This document shows, piece by piece, positions 1 to 8,890 of a stretch of 64,000 bases of DNA (position 1 is its first letter; every line of letters starts with the position of its first letter). The notes under the pieces are model-generated. The model did not search any database. It saw nothing but the letters and a program-made list of their open reading frames with translations, and was not told the origin of the DNA. A program made the translations under genes and the position numbers. The stretch is taken from the IMG/VR virus record IMGVR_UViG_3300005537_000001, positions 248,001 to 312,000 of that record. One strand, written 5' to 3'.

Positions 1-222
1 GTAACCGCGGTAGCTCCTCCCATCTCAAAGGCCAAGGCGCGGGAAGCTGCCTTCGCAAATCTCAGTCACGATGAACTGTTGGCCCTCGTGGTACAGCAAT
101 CACGCTTCCTCGCCGAAGCAAAATCACTCCTTCGAATTGCCGCCAAGACGTTTCGCTGGGTGAACAAGCCAACCGACGCGCAAGTCATCGACGATTTTTT
201 GCGCCGCGTCAAGGGTGACTAG
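1..222 (+). CDS. hypothetical protein, 5'-truncated
   Basis: Frame 1 is open from base 1 (VTAVAPPISK...RRVKGD) to TAG at 220-222, abutting the next GTG. Confidence 0.55.
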   Translation, partial: VTAVAPPISKAKAREAAFANLSHDELLALVVQQSRFLAEAKSLLRIAAKTFRWVNKPTDAQVIDDFLRRVKGD

Positions 223-437
223 TGCAAGAGGCATGTGAGAAGCTTCGCGAGGAGCTTAGAAAGGTAAGCCCGAAGATCTACGTATCCCACGATAACGTAA
301 GCATCATAGAGGTGCACGGTGATCCAAGCATCAAGGCCTACGTACCCAAGAAGTATGATGGCTTTGACGTTCAATTCAGCGTTTGGGATGGTCAAGAAAT
401 TATTCTTGATATCGACGAAATAATTGTCAGCGGTTAG
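222..437 (+). CDS. hypothetical protein (71 aa)
   Basis: ORF track; start overlaps the upstream stop. Confidence 0.6.
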   Translation: MQEACEKLREELRKVSPKIYVSHDNVSIIEVHGDPSIKAYVPKKYDGFDVQFSVWDGQEIILDIDEIIVSG

Positions 438-535
438 TCGGCGCGCTTCAGCACACCGGGGCATAGATGGATGCAAAACGGTTCGAATCCTAAATACGGC
501 CGAGGAGCGCGTTGACACTTTGAAGGAAAATAACA

Positions 536-1462
536 ATGGAAAGAGCTTATCTTGATCTCCTGAGTGAGGTTCTGCGGGATGGTGAAGATCGAATGGATCG
601 TACCGGCGTGGGTACAAAATCCGTATTCGGTCGTCAGCTGCGCTGCAACCTAAAGAATAATTTCCCACTCATCACCACCAAGCGAATCCCATGGAGACCA
701 GTTCTTGGTGAGCTGCTTTGGTTCATAGAGGGATCTGGAGATGAGCGGCGACTTGCCGAAATTACCTACGGAACTAGAGATCCAGAACAAAAAACTATCT
801 GGTCTCCAAATGCCGAGTACACCACGGGATCCAAATTCAAGCCGGAGTTCACTGGTGACCTCGGGCGAGTCTACGGTGTGCAGTGGCGGACTTGGCAGCA
901 TCACGTTGTGCGCCACGCTGGGACATCGGTAAATCACCCAGATGGTGGAGAAACTTTCTACAGCGCAAGCGTTCTCCGTCAGGAAATTGATCAGCTTGCT
1001 AACATCATCAACAAGATCAAGACGAACCCAGCTGATCGTAGGATGGTGCTGACGGCGTTCAACGTTGGTGAGATGGATCAAATGGCCCTGCCACCTTGCC
1101 ACATGTTTTCCCAATTTCACGTTAACGAAATGAAGAAGGAGCTGGACTGCCTTGTCTACATTCGAAGCAATGACTTATTCCTTGGGACGCCGTTTAACAT
1201 CGCGTCATACGCGATACTAACGTACGCGATCGCGCACGTTACAGGGTACACTCCGGGTGATCTCATCGTTACGATAGGCGACGCGCACATCTATCGCAAC
1301 CATCTAGATCAAGTTAAGGAGCAGCTCGCGCGAGAGCCACTCCCTCATCCATATTTGGTTTTAAACCCAGAAGTTACCGATATCGACAAGTTTACCATGG
1401 ATGATTTTCGATTGGTTAACTACAAATCGCATGAGGCGATAAAGGCGCCGATGGCTGTGTAG
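536..1462 (+). CDS. thyA: thymidylate synthase
   Basis: DRTGVGT, ALPPCH (catalytic Cys), RSNDLFLGTPFNIASY and GDAHIYRNH motifs; SD GAAGGA. Confidence 0.97.
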   Translation: MERAYLDLLSEVLRDGEDRMDRTGVGTKSVFGRQLRCNLKNNFPLITTKRIPWRPVLGELLWFIEGSGDERRLAEITYGTRDPEQKTIWSPNAEYTTGSKFKPEFTGDLGRVYGVQWRTWQHHVVRHAGTSVNHPDGGETFYSASVLRQEIDQLANIINKIKTNPADRRMVLTAFNVGEMDQMALPPCHMFSQFHVNEMKKELDCLVYIRSNDLFLGTPFNIASYAILTYAIAHVTGYTPGDLIVTIGDAHIYRNHLDQVKEQLAREPLPHPYLVLNPEVTDIDKFTMDDFRLVNYKSHEAIKAPMAV

Positions 1463-1463
1463 C

Positions 1464-1640
1464 ATGGATAAGCGGTTATTAGAAATTTTAATTCTTGCTG
1501 AAGAGCAGGTTTTTCTACGCACGCAAGAATATCCATTTCAAGATCAATCTGAGCGTAGTCACTGTTGGAATACTCTCAAAAAAATTCAAGATGCGATACG
1601 CGTAGAAACTACAGGGGATAAAGATGACAATGTCAAATAG
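1464..1640 (+). CDS. small hypothetical protein (58 aa, MDKRLLEILIL...)
   Basis: Translated by hand; fills the gap between thyA and the MazG-like gene. Confidence 0.45.
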   Translation: MDKRLLEILILAEEQVFLRTQEYPFQDQSERSHCWNTLKKIQDAIRVETTGDKDDNVK

Positions 1641-1890
1641 GGGGCTCACCAAGCTTATCGAAGAGTGTGGTGAGCTTGCGCAGATTGCCGCTAAGAAGAT
1701 AGCCTATCCCGATACCGACGTGCATCCGGATGGTAAAGGTTCTTTGATTGGTCGACTTGAAGATGAAGTTGCAGACGTCATGGCCGCGATAGCGTTTGTA
1801 GCTGAGAAATTGGGACTTGATGAAGCAAGAATGTTCGCTCGCGGTGATGCAAAGCGCAAGCAATATCAAGAATGGGATACGGAAAAATGA
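1624..1890 (+). CDS. MazG-like NTP pyrophosphohydrolase
   Basis: KLIEECGELAQ and LEDEVADV match the all-alpha NTP-PPase metal-binding EExxE...ExxD pattern. Confidence 0.8.
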   Translation: MTMSNRGLTKLIEECGELAQIAAKKIAYPDTDVHPDGKGSLIGRLEDEVADVMAAIAFVAEKLGLDEARMFARGDAKRKQYQEWDTEK

Positions 1891-2171
1891 AAATAGTAGT
1901 CGAAGATCCTATATCAGGGCAACCTCTCATAACATCTGGCTACATGCAGGTCAGACCAGAACCATTAACAGTAGCGGAACTTCGAAATACAGTGCGTTTG
2001 GCCGCCAAAGGTGTTGCACCAGAAAATCCTACTGGAGCCCTCCTCGCGATGATTCGCGCCCTCGCTCGAAAGTACCCGATGACACCATTCGCCGCGGACA
2101 TCGCTGACGTAATGGGAGAGCCTGAGCTAGTCAACCAATGGAACCCACTCGAGGCTTCCAAGATAGATTGA
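1887..2171 (+). CDS. hypothetical protein
   Basis: ORF track 1872-2171; ATGA overlap favours a start at 1887. Confidence 0.6.
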   Translation: MKIVVEDPISGQPLITSGYMQVRPEPLTVAELRNTVRLAAKGVAPENPTGALLAMIRALARKYPMTPFAADIADVMGEPELVNQWNPLEASKID

Positions 2172-2186
2172 TATCCCACCCGATGC

Positions 2187-2194
2187 TATAAATA
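2187..2194 (+). promoter_or_regulatory. T4 gp55-type late promoter TATAAATA
   Basis: Exact T4 late consensus, directly upstream of a structural gene. Confidence 0.75.
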
Positions 2195-2221
2195 CTCCTA
2201 GTTCTAACTGGGAGTTTTGTT

Positions 2222-4939
2222 GTGTCCAATGCCGCCATTAATATTATAACGGGCATCCCGTTCCCCGTAACATTTAATGCCGGAACAAATACATTCGCGA
2301 TCAATACGGCTGGTGATTATACTGGGATGTTTGTCACCAATGCTATCCTAACCGCGCTAGGTGGACCACCCAATGGTGGCTATCAAAAGGTGATTGCATC
2401 ATCATTTACCGGTAATCACACAACAGTTACCGTATCATCCTATTCAACAAATACCGCATATCCTGGTCCAACAACATTCACTGCTGGAACCGGAACAATA
2501 ATTTGGTTTACCGATACAGCTGCTGGATCAATTCCATACAATGTTCTATTTTCAATTCCAGGCACATATAGCTGGACAGTACCTGTAGGTGTCACTTCTA
2601 TTTCCGCCACGACAATTGGCGGTGGTGGTGGAAGTGGTAATAATTTCGGAAGTGGTGGTGGAGGTGGAGCCAATGCCCACGTGTCCACCATGAGTGTGAC
2701 GCCAGGTGATATCTGGACTATCATCGTTGGATCACCTGGTGCCGTAACTGGCAATGGCGGAGATTCAGTTATGCGCAACGCTGGCTCTACTATAGTTATC
2801 ACTGGTGGAGGAGGTGCGGCAGGCATAAATGGTGGAAATAATTCTGCTGGTGGAGGTGGTGGAGGTGGTGGATATGGTGCCGCCGGTGGATCTGGTTCTG
2901 TTCCAACCACGCTAGAATTTGCTGGCGGAGTTGGTGGAACGCCAACGATTGTTGGCATATCTGGTCTACTTGGTTTTGGCGGAAATGGTGGAGGCTCCGA
3001 TCCTAACGATGAACCATTTCCATCAGGTAGTGATGGCTCAGCTGGAGGTGGTGGAGGTGGAGCTGGTGGATTCGATGCAGCTGGTGACGGTGGTGGCACT
3101 GGAGTAGGACCTACAGTTCCCGGTGCAAATGGCGCCGGCGGTACTTGGTTTCCAGATGCTGGCAACCCTGGATCACCAGGTACTGGTGGTTCACTTCAGC
3201 AATTTGGAGGTGGAGGTGGGGATAGCACCGGTACTGGTTCAACTGGAGGTGGAGGTGCAATTTATATTTTCTCAACTTCACAACCTACTGTGGGTCCCCC
3301 ATCAAATCTCAGCGCTGCTCGCGGTAATCAAATCGTAACGCTCACGTGGACAGCATCAGATGTACCAGGCTGCACATACAATGTTTATCAGGGAACATCA
3401 TCTGGTGGTGAAAGCGGTACACCAGCGTTAACAGGCATATCTTCAACAACAGCTGTAGTAACGTCTCTGACTAATGACACAACATACTTTTTCAAAGTCG
3501 CGGCTGTCTTTAATTCGATGGTAAGCTCATTTTCAAATGAAGCAAGCGCGACACCAGCAAATAATTTAGCTGATGCATCCATAACGTCAGGAACAGATTT
3601 TACATTCCCGTATGGTGGCATTTGGGAAAGCGCTGGCGTAGGTTATTCAAGCTCAAGCGCGAGCGGTGGTCCTACAGGAACGTCAAATATAACAACCGTT
3701 AACGGTCAACCAATATACGCAATTGGAGCGGTGACCGGATTTGGCTATGGATCTACAGCACCAAGTCCAATAGTTCTAGTGGTGCTTGGTGATACGATCA
3801 ATTCTGTACCACAAAATTTCTTTGACCATATCGTAGTCACGTTAGCTGGAGGTTCTTCATTTACCTTTTATTCTGCATCTACAGATTTCTACAATTTTGG
3901 TTCAAGTTCAGCTGCACCATCTGCTGAAGCTACCCAATGGGCGTGGGAAATTTCCAGTCCAACTCCATATTTTGTAAACGGTGAAGTTACCGATGTTAAG
4001 TTTTTTGAGGCACCAACTAGCCCATGGTCACTAGTTACTGGTCATGGATTTACGGGTGTCATAGAAACAGTCGCGCACAATGGAAGCAACCTGTGGGTTG
4101 CAGCTGGCACCAATGGTCAAATAGCAACGTCTCCTGATGGTACAACATGGACGCAGCAGGCAAACAATTTTCTATCTACGGATTCTATAGAAATTTTAAC
4201 ATTTGGTAATGGTATATGGGTTGCCGGAGCCATAGCAGGCACCTCACTATTCACGTCAACGTCAACAGATGGCATCACATGGACGGCTCGTACGTCAACT
4301 CCATTCAATGCTGCTAGTGGGCATGGATCAATGGTGTTCGGCGGAGGTCAATTTGTAGTATTTGTCAATAGTCAGTATGGAACATCTCCAGATGGGGTCG
4401 CCTGGACGCTCCAAACAAGTTTCAGTTTTGGTAACACCAATCAAAGTCCCGATGGTCATCATCTGATATTCGATGGTGTTAATTATGTAGTTACCCTTGA
4501 AGGTCCAGGAAGCACTACAGAAATAGCAAGCTCTACAGATGGAATTAACTTCACGACAAATTCTGTTGCAGCTGGAATTACTTGGTCAAATAACGCAACG
4601 GGTGGTATTGCATTCAGTGGATCACTGTACGTGGTCGGTCAAGGAAATGGCACTACTAAACCGCAGGGCGCATCTGGAAATTCTGTATCTACCATAACAA
4701 CTCCGGTTAACTTTAATTTTCCAAATAGCTTTCGTTCTGCTGATATCTGTTCTTCTATCGCATATGGTAACGGAATGTTTGTAGCTCTTTCAGAGCGATC
4801 AGGTGCAAGTTCTTCGTCGGATGGTATTACATGGATACCGGAAGTACTACCTGGTTCTCCATTTAATATGTTTACGATTGCATACGGTAATAGCAAATTC
4901 GTCGCTGTAGGGTCGTCAAAAATATTCATAAGGAATTAG
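2222..4939 (+). CDS. virion fibre/receptor-binding protein: Gly-rich region, FN3 domain and Asp-box-like beta-propeller
   Basis: Poly-Gly region; FN3 signature (PSNLSA...VTLTWT...YNVY...LTNDTTYFFKVAA); repeated (T/S)SxDGxxW motifs. Confidence 0.75.
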   Translation: MSNAAINIITGIPFPVTFNAGTNTFAINTAGDYTGMFVTNAILTALGGPPNGGYQKVIASSFTGNHTTVTVSSYSTNTAYPGPTTFTAGTGTIIWFTDTAAGSIPYNVLFSIPGTYSWTVPVGVTSISATTIGGGGGSGNNFGSGGGGGANAHVSTMSVTPGDIWTIIVGSPGAVTGNGGDSVMRNAGSTIVITGGGGAAGINGGNNSAGGGGGGGGYGAAGGSGSVPTTLEFAGGVGGTPTIVGISGLLGFGGNGGGSDPNDEPFPSGSDGSAGGGGGGAGGFDAAGDGGGTGVGPTVPGANGAGGTWFPDAGNPGSPGTGGSLQQFGGGGGDSTGTGSTGGGGAIYIFSTSQPTVGPPSNLSAARGNQIVTLTWTASDVPGCTYNVYQGTSSGGESGTPALTGISSTTAVVTSLTNDTTYFFKVAAVFNSMVSSFSNEASATPANNLADASITSGTDFTFPYGGIWESAGVGYSSSSASGGPTGTSNITTVNGQPIYAIGAVTGFGYGSTAPSPIVLVVLGDTINSVPQNFFDHIVVTLAGGSSFTFYSASTDFYNFGSSSAAPSAEATQWAWEISSPTPYFVNGEVTDVKFFEAPTSPWSLVTGHGFTGVIETVAHNGSNLWVAAGTNGQIATSPDGTTWTQQANNFLSTDSIEILTFGNGIWVAGAIAGTSLFTSTSTDGITWTARTSTPFNAASGHGSMVFGGGQFVVFVNSQYGTSPDGVAWTLQTSFSFGNTNQSPDGHHLIFDGVNYVVTLEGPGSTTEIASSTDGINFTTNSVAAGITWSNNATGGIAFSGSLYVVGQGNGTTKPQGASGNSVSTITTPVNFNFPNSFRSADICSSIAYGNGMFVALSERSGASSSSDGITWIPEVLPGSPFNMFTIAYGNSKFVAVGSSKIFIRN

Positions 4940-4942
4940 TAA

Positions 4943-5218
4943 ATGCGAACGTCAGCAATCACTAGACCATTTATCAGTTCACTCATTTCTGCAAATCCCA
5001 CGGCCACGCAATTTCTAGTTGGTGATGCTGGCATGATCTGCAAGAATTTTGTTAATTCAGAGTATACGTCTAAATTAGCAATTTTTAACGGACTAACTGC
5101 CAATACTCCCGTCACGAGTAAAGTGAAGGTTGGATCAACCATGCACACTTTAACTGTAGAGCGTAGATATAGCTCAACGCTTGGTTTTAACTTAGTGTTG
5201 ATAGTTAAAACGAGTTGA
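4943..5218 (+). CDS. small hypothetical protein, paralog of 5271-5549
   Basis: FISSLISANPTATQFLVG aligns with FIISLFAANPSTTHFMIG. Confidence 0.7.
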   Translation: MRTSAITRPFISSLISANPTATQFLVGDAGMICKNFVNSEYTSKLAIFNGLTANTPVTSKVKVGSTMHTLTVERRYSSTLGFNLVLIVKTS

Positions 5219-5227
5219 CTTAACATC

Positions 5228-5235
5228 CATAAATA
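5228..5235 (+). promoter_or_regulatory. late promoter variant CATAAATA
   Basis: Intergenic ATAAATA core upstream of structural genes. Confidence 0.55.
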
Positions 5236-5270
5236 TATTCTTCCTGTGCAACATCACGGTTGTAATTTCA

Positions 5271-5549
5271 ATGAACGCTAAAAAGGCATTTATAATTTCT
5301 CTATTCGCTGCCAATCCAAGCACGACCCATTTTATGATTGGCGTGCAGCATGCTCCACGCGCTCAGCCAACGATGACTAACTACACAGGCAGCGCGTATA
5401 CAGCCAATCTAGCAACGTTTAACTCTCTTCCAGTTGGAGAAACGCGATCTGACACCGCTACAGTTAACGGCGTGCCATGCACGATTAGGTTCACGCGCAA
5501 GCTTGATATGTCAACAAAGATAGATCTGTGGTCTGTAACGAGAAGCTAA
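5271..5549 (+). CDS. small hypothetical protein, paralog of 4943-5218
   Basis: SAYTANLATFNSL aligns with SEYTSKLAIFNGL. Confidence 0.7.
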   Translation: MNAKKAFIISLFAANPSTTHFMIGVQHAPRAQPTMTNYTGSAYTANLATFNSLPVGETRSDTATVNGVPCTIRFTRKLDMSTKIDLWSVTRS

Positions 5550-5550
5550 C

Positions 5551-6831
5551 ATGACAAACGCAATCAACATCATAACGGGAACGCCATTTTCAGCAACGTT
5601 CAACAACGGCACTAACACGTTCACGATAGCTGGTCATGATTACACCAATTTGTTCGTTACTAACGCTATTCTTACCGTGCTCGGCGGTACGCCTAACGGT
5701 GGCTATCAGAAAGTAACATCTTCTACGTTCACTGGTGGCAACACCGTTGTTACCGTAACTTCATATTCTGTTGATACCACCTTTCCAGGTCCAACAACAT
5801 TTTCAACTGGAACGGGTATCGTACTCTTGATGACGAATGTTGCATCACCAGCTGGATTTACTTGGACAACCCTTACAACCGGATTTGAAGCTGATGGAAA
5901 CTACAGCGACCTAACGTATCAAAATGGTTTGTGGGTGATTTCCACCGTAACTGGCACAGGAGTGCGAGGATTCGTCCTAACGTCACCAGATAGAACTACT
6001 TGGACAAAGAGCCTTCTGCCAGTTGCTGCCACTGGCATCCAATACATGTCCAAACCACAATTTGGAAATGGTGTGTGGGTAATCTCAGTCAATATTACCG
6101 ATGGGTCCGATTTAATTTTCACGTCGCCAGACACTGTAACGTGGACACAGCGATCGTGGGGATTCGCTGGCACAAATAACGATGTCGCAATTTCACCATA
6201 TGGAAATGGAACATTCGTAGCGGTTCAAACTTTTGGTTCGGGCGGTGGCGGTGCCCAATACGCAACTAGCCCAGATGGAATAACGTGGACTATGCAGACC
6301 GCGTTTAACGCGGGACAGTGGCAACCAGGAAACGCGTTTAACGCGGGCAATGGTAATGGCGGATTTATATTCGATGGCACACAGTTTGTAACGTTTGTAA
6401 CTCTACCATCAGCGTCGGTGAATAACGCCGTAACGTCTACGGATGGAATCAACTGGACGCCATCGACAACGACATACAACAACAGCCCAGCTGGATTAGC
6501 ATTTGACGGCACCCACTATGTTATGGGCTTTGCGTCAGGTGACAGTGGATTCATCGGAACAAATCCGCTGTTGATTAATACTCCGATTACATTCGCCGAC
6601 GTGTTTAGCGATACCGAAAATCTAGCTTTCGGCGGTGGTTCATGGGCAAGAGTCTATGATGCCGACACTGCGGTAGATTCATCACCAAATGGAACAACCT
6701 GGACAGCAGATGCATCTACGGCTGGTGGCAGCGCGACCCTTTATAGCGTCGCGTTTGGTCAATCACACTTCATAGCGACTGGACTATTCTTTCCAGGTAA
6801 CACAAGTTTTGCGATGGTAAGAGCTGCGTAA
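5551..6831 (+). CDS. virion fibre/receptor-binding protein with Asp-box-like propeller
   Basis: N-terminal ~95 aa closely similar to the 2222 ORF; TSPDxxTW repeats. Confidence 0.75.
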   Translation: MTNAINIITGTPFSATFNNGTNTFTIAGHDYTNLFVTNAILTVLGGTPNGGYQKVTSSTFTGGNTVVTVTSYSVDTTFPGPTTFSTGTGIVLLMTNVASPAGFTWTTLTTGFEADGNYSDLTYQNGLWVISTVTGTGVRGFVLTSPDRTTWTKSLLPVAATGIQYMSKPQFGNGVWVISVNITDGSDLIFTSPDTVTWTQRSWGFAGTNNDVAISPYGNGTFVAVQTFGSGGGGAQYATSPDGITWTMQTAFNAGQWQPGNAFNAGNGNGGFIFDGTQFVTFVTLPSASVNNAVTSTDGINWTPSTTTYNNSPAGLAFDGTHYVMGFASGDSGFIGTNPLLINTPITFADVFSDTENLAFGGGSWARVYDADTAVDSSPNGTTWTADASTAGGSATLYSVAFGQSHFIATGLFFPGNTSFAMVRAA

Positions 6832-6857
6832 TGATTTTGTAGAAAAGGATATGACAT

Positions 6858-7337
6858 ATGACATCAGATATAGACATGAGCTTGAAAGCGGGTTGGAATC
6901 CATACGAGCCGTTCTATCCTAAGGATGATTTTTCCAAGCAGCTTCTTCTATCAATCCCCTCAAAGGTGTCCAAGTGGCTTGAACTTCTTAATCAAGATAC
7001 CACCGGAGAATATGGTGAGCTAGCTTGGAACTACACTCCAGAGGGCGGTACCATAATCTTCGCGAACGAATCAAACGAAAGATTCGTTCAAATCTGGTGG
7101 GACTATCAGGACGGCGTAGTAACAATATGCGGCAGCGATGAGCGCTTTGAAGATATAAGCAGCCATCTTGAATTTTTTACCGCGGTAGAATTTTCCATCT
7201 ATGATGAGCTTGAGTCACTCCATCACGCCATCAACGATAAAACAATCTACGTACCCACCCATGTTAGGGCGGATGAAGCTAAGTCGGCATTTGATCTCGA
7301 TTTAGAAGCTGCACGTCGAAATGCCAAATCAAGCTGA
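6858..7337 (+). CDS. hypothetical protein (159 aa)
   Basis: ORF with SD AAGGA. Confidence 0.7.
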   Translation: MTSDIDMSLKAGWNPYEPFYPKDDFSKQLLLSIPSKVSKWLELLNQDTTGEYGELAWNYTPEGGTIIFANESNERFVQIWWDYQDGVVTICGSDERFEDISSHLEFFTAVEFSIYDELESLHHAINDKTIYVPTHVRADEAKSAFDLDLEAARRNAKSS

Positions 7338-7746
7338 AATATTTCGTCACCTTCGACCCAGCTGGTACGATCGAAAATCACACACCGTTAAACCACTAAC
7401 TAATGGTGGTATCTCCTTTCTGCTGAAGCCTACCGCCGAGCGCACATACAATTTTTGGATTTATATTTGCCCCGAAGACGCATCCTTCTCAGCAAAGCAG
7501 GCGGTAAAAACGCTAAGGGAAATTGCCGCTCGTCAAACCGTTCCGTGGGGAACGCTGACTACAAGCGATGAACCAATAATTGAGCAGCTAACAAAGTTCA
7601 TAATTTATGAGCAACACGTCCTGCCATCCGAAGTGGGACATCAAGTTCTGAAGATAGTAATGGTAAATAGCTATGCAACGCACAAGCTACTTAACGCTCA
7701 GGGTAAATCTGCAGAATCACGCAAGCATTACGTTGATGAAACATGA
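7321..7746 (+). CDS. hypothetical protein (141 aa)
   Basis: ORF overlapping the upstream gene. Confidence 0.7.
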   Translation: MPNQAEIFRHLRPSWYDRKSHTVKPLTNGGISFLLKPTAERTYNFWIYICPEDASFSAKQAVKTLREIAARQTVPWGTLTTSDEPIIEQLTKFIIYEQHVLPSEVGHQVLKIVMVNSYATHKLLNAQGKSAESRKHYVDET

Positions 7747-7826
7747 CGCAATTTTTACTTGACATAGCATTTACACTCCTAGCGCTAGTCATCATCTGGC
7801 GCGTTATCAAGCTTATGATTGGATAG
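7743..7826 (+). CDS. 27-aa single-TM peptide (MTQFLLDIAFTLLALVIIWRVIKLMIG)
   Basis: ATGA start/stop overlap; hydrophobic helix; translated by hand. Confidence 0.4.
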   Translation: MTQFLLDIAFTLLALVIIWRVIKLMIG

Positions 7827-7868
7827 CAGGAGTATCCAACAATAGATAGAGCATAAAGGAGCTCTATC

Positions 7869-8354
7869 ATGATAACAAAAACAAGATTCGTTCGCTTTGG
7901 CGATCTCATAAATGGCGTTGAAGAGGGAGCGATAATCCACGGGTGCAACGCCCAAGGGGTAGCCGGAGCTGGCATCGCCCTTCAAATACGAAACAAATAT
8001 CCAGATTGCTTTGAGACGTACAAGAACACGCTGGTTACGCTAAAGAAAAATGGCATCGACCCCATGGGTCACGTCATTCCATACGAGGCCAGCTCTAAGC
8101 TTATCGTTCTCAACGCGATAACCCAAGATGGATTTGGTCGCGCTGATGGTAAGCGCTACGTAAGCTATGACGCAGTGCTGCAAGCCTTCGAGCACGCGGC
8201 TAGCTTCGCGCACCTAAACAAGCTGCACGTACACTACCCACAGATAGGAGCTGGGTTAGGTCGTGGAGATTGGTCGATAATTTCTGACATAATTGAAGCT
8301 GCATTTCAGCCGTACCCAGAAGTTAATCGAACTCTCTGGATTTATCAAGCATGA
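7869..8354 (+). CDS. macrodomain (ADP-ribose processing) protein
   Basis: IIHGCNAQGVAGAGIA and PQIGAGLGRGDW macrodomain motifs. Confidence 0.9.
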   Translation: MITKTRFVRFGDLINGVEEGAIIHGCNAQGVAGAGIALQIRNKYPDCFETYKNTLVTLKKNGIDPMGHVIPYEASSKLIVLNAITQDGFGRADGKRYVSYDAVLQAFEHAASFAHLNKLHVHYPQIGAGLGRGDWSIISDIIEAAFQPYPEVNRTLWIYQA

Positions 8355-8836
8355 CGCATTACTATGATGAGCCGCTGAATGATGAGACATTCAAGATCAT
8401 CATTTCGACCTGCGTATCGTCTACGCTTAGCAGCTTAAATGACCCAAAGCGCTTCAACACCCGGGCTCGCACGATAGGTAACAACATTTACGATATGTCA
8501 CCCATCTTGTCTGGTAAGATAAGCGTGGGGAGCATTCTAGCGAAGCAGAAAACAATTGAGCATTTTAACGGGCGACAGGAAGGTGGAATAGAAATTCTCA
8601 AGTATGTTAAGCGTCAGTTGATCGCTGGAAGATCACTCAACGTTAAGTTTGTCAAATCTCTAGTCGACAAGCATCGTCAGGTTCACTACACTTCAGCTGA
8701 AGAAAATACAAAGCTGGCCGTCATAGCCAAAAAGAATCCATTGCTGCAGAAGAATTGGAAGAAAATGTATCGAATATGTGGCATCAAGCTGATAAAATAC
8801 GTCAAGCATCGACGATATGAGGACTATTCAGTATGA
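8351..8836 (+). CDS. hypothetical protein, possible His-Me/HNH-like nuclease
   Basis: TIEH...VHYTSAEENTKL loosely resembles an EH...N motif; ATGA overlap. Confidence 0.6.
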   Translation: MTHYYDEPLNDETFKIIISTCVSSTLSSLNDPKRFNTRARTIGNNIYDMSPILSGKISVGSILAKQKTIEHFNGRQEGGIEILKYVKRQLIAGRSLNVKFVKSLVDKHRQVHYTSAEENTKLAVIAKKNPLLQKNWKKMYRICGIKLIKYVKHRRYEDYSV

Positions 8837-8851
8837 TGACTGACGTATGCT

Positions 8852-8859
8852 CATAAATA
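8852..8859 (+). promoter_or_regulatory. late promoter variant CATAAATA
   Basis: Intergenic ATAAATA core. Confidence 0.5.
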
Positions 8860-8890
8860 CCATTGGATCGTTTCCTTAGGACTGGAGAAA

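Noticed and set aside
442-511. tRNA gene suggested by GGTTCGAATCC
   Set aside because: The T-stem has only 2 bp, the loop sits too far from the 3' end, and there is no D or anticodon arm or CCA
536-1462. dCMP hydroxymethylase or other base-modifying thyA paralog
   Set aside because: Keeps Asn in PFNIASY (E. coli N177, dUMP specificity); the hydroxymethylase has Asp there
2440-3165. Pro-rich minus-strand ORF, and similar antisense ORFs in fibre genes and at 49161-49633
   Set aside because: Shadows of Gly-rich or Asp/Glu-rich sense codons, with no SD or promoter
7759-7764. TTGACA as a sigma70 -35 element
   Set aside because: No good -10 at 17 nt, and it lies within a small ATGA-coupled ORF
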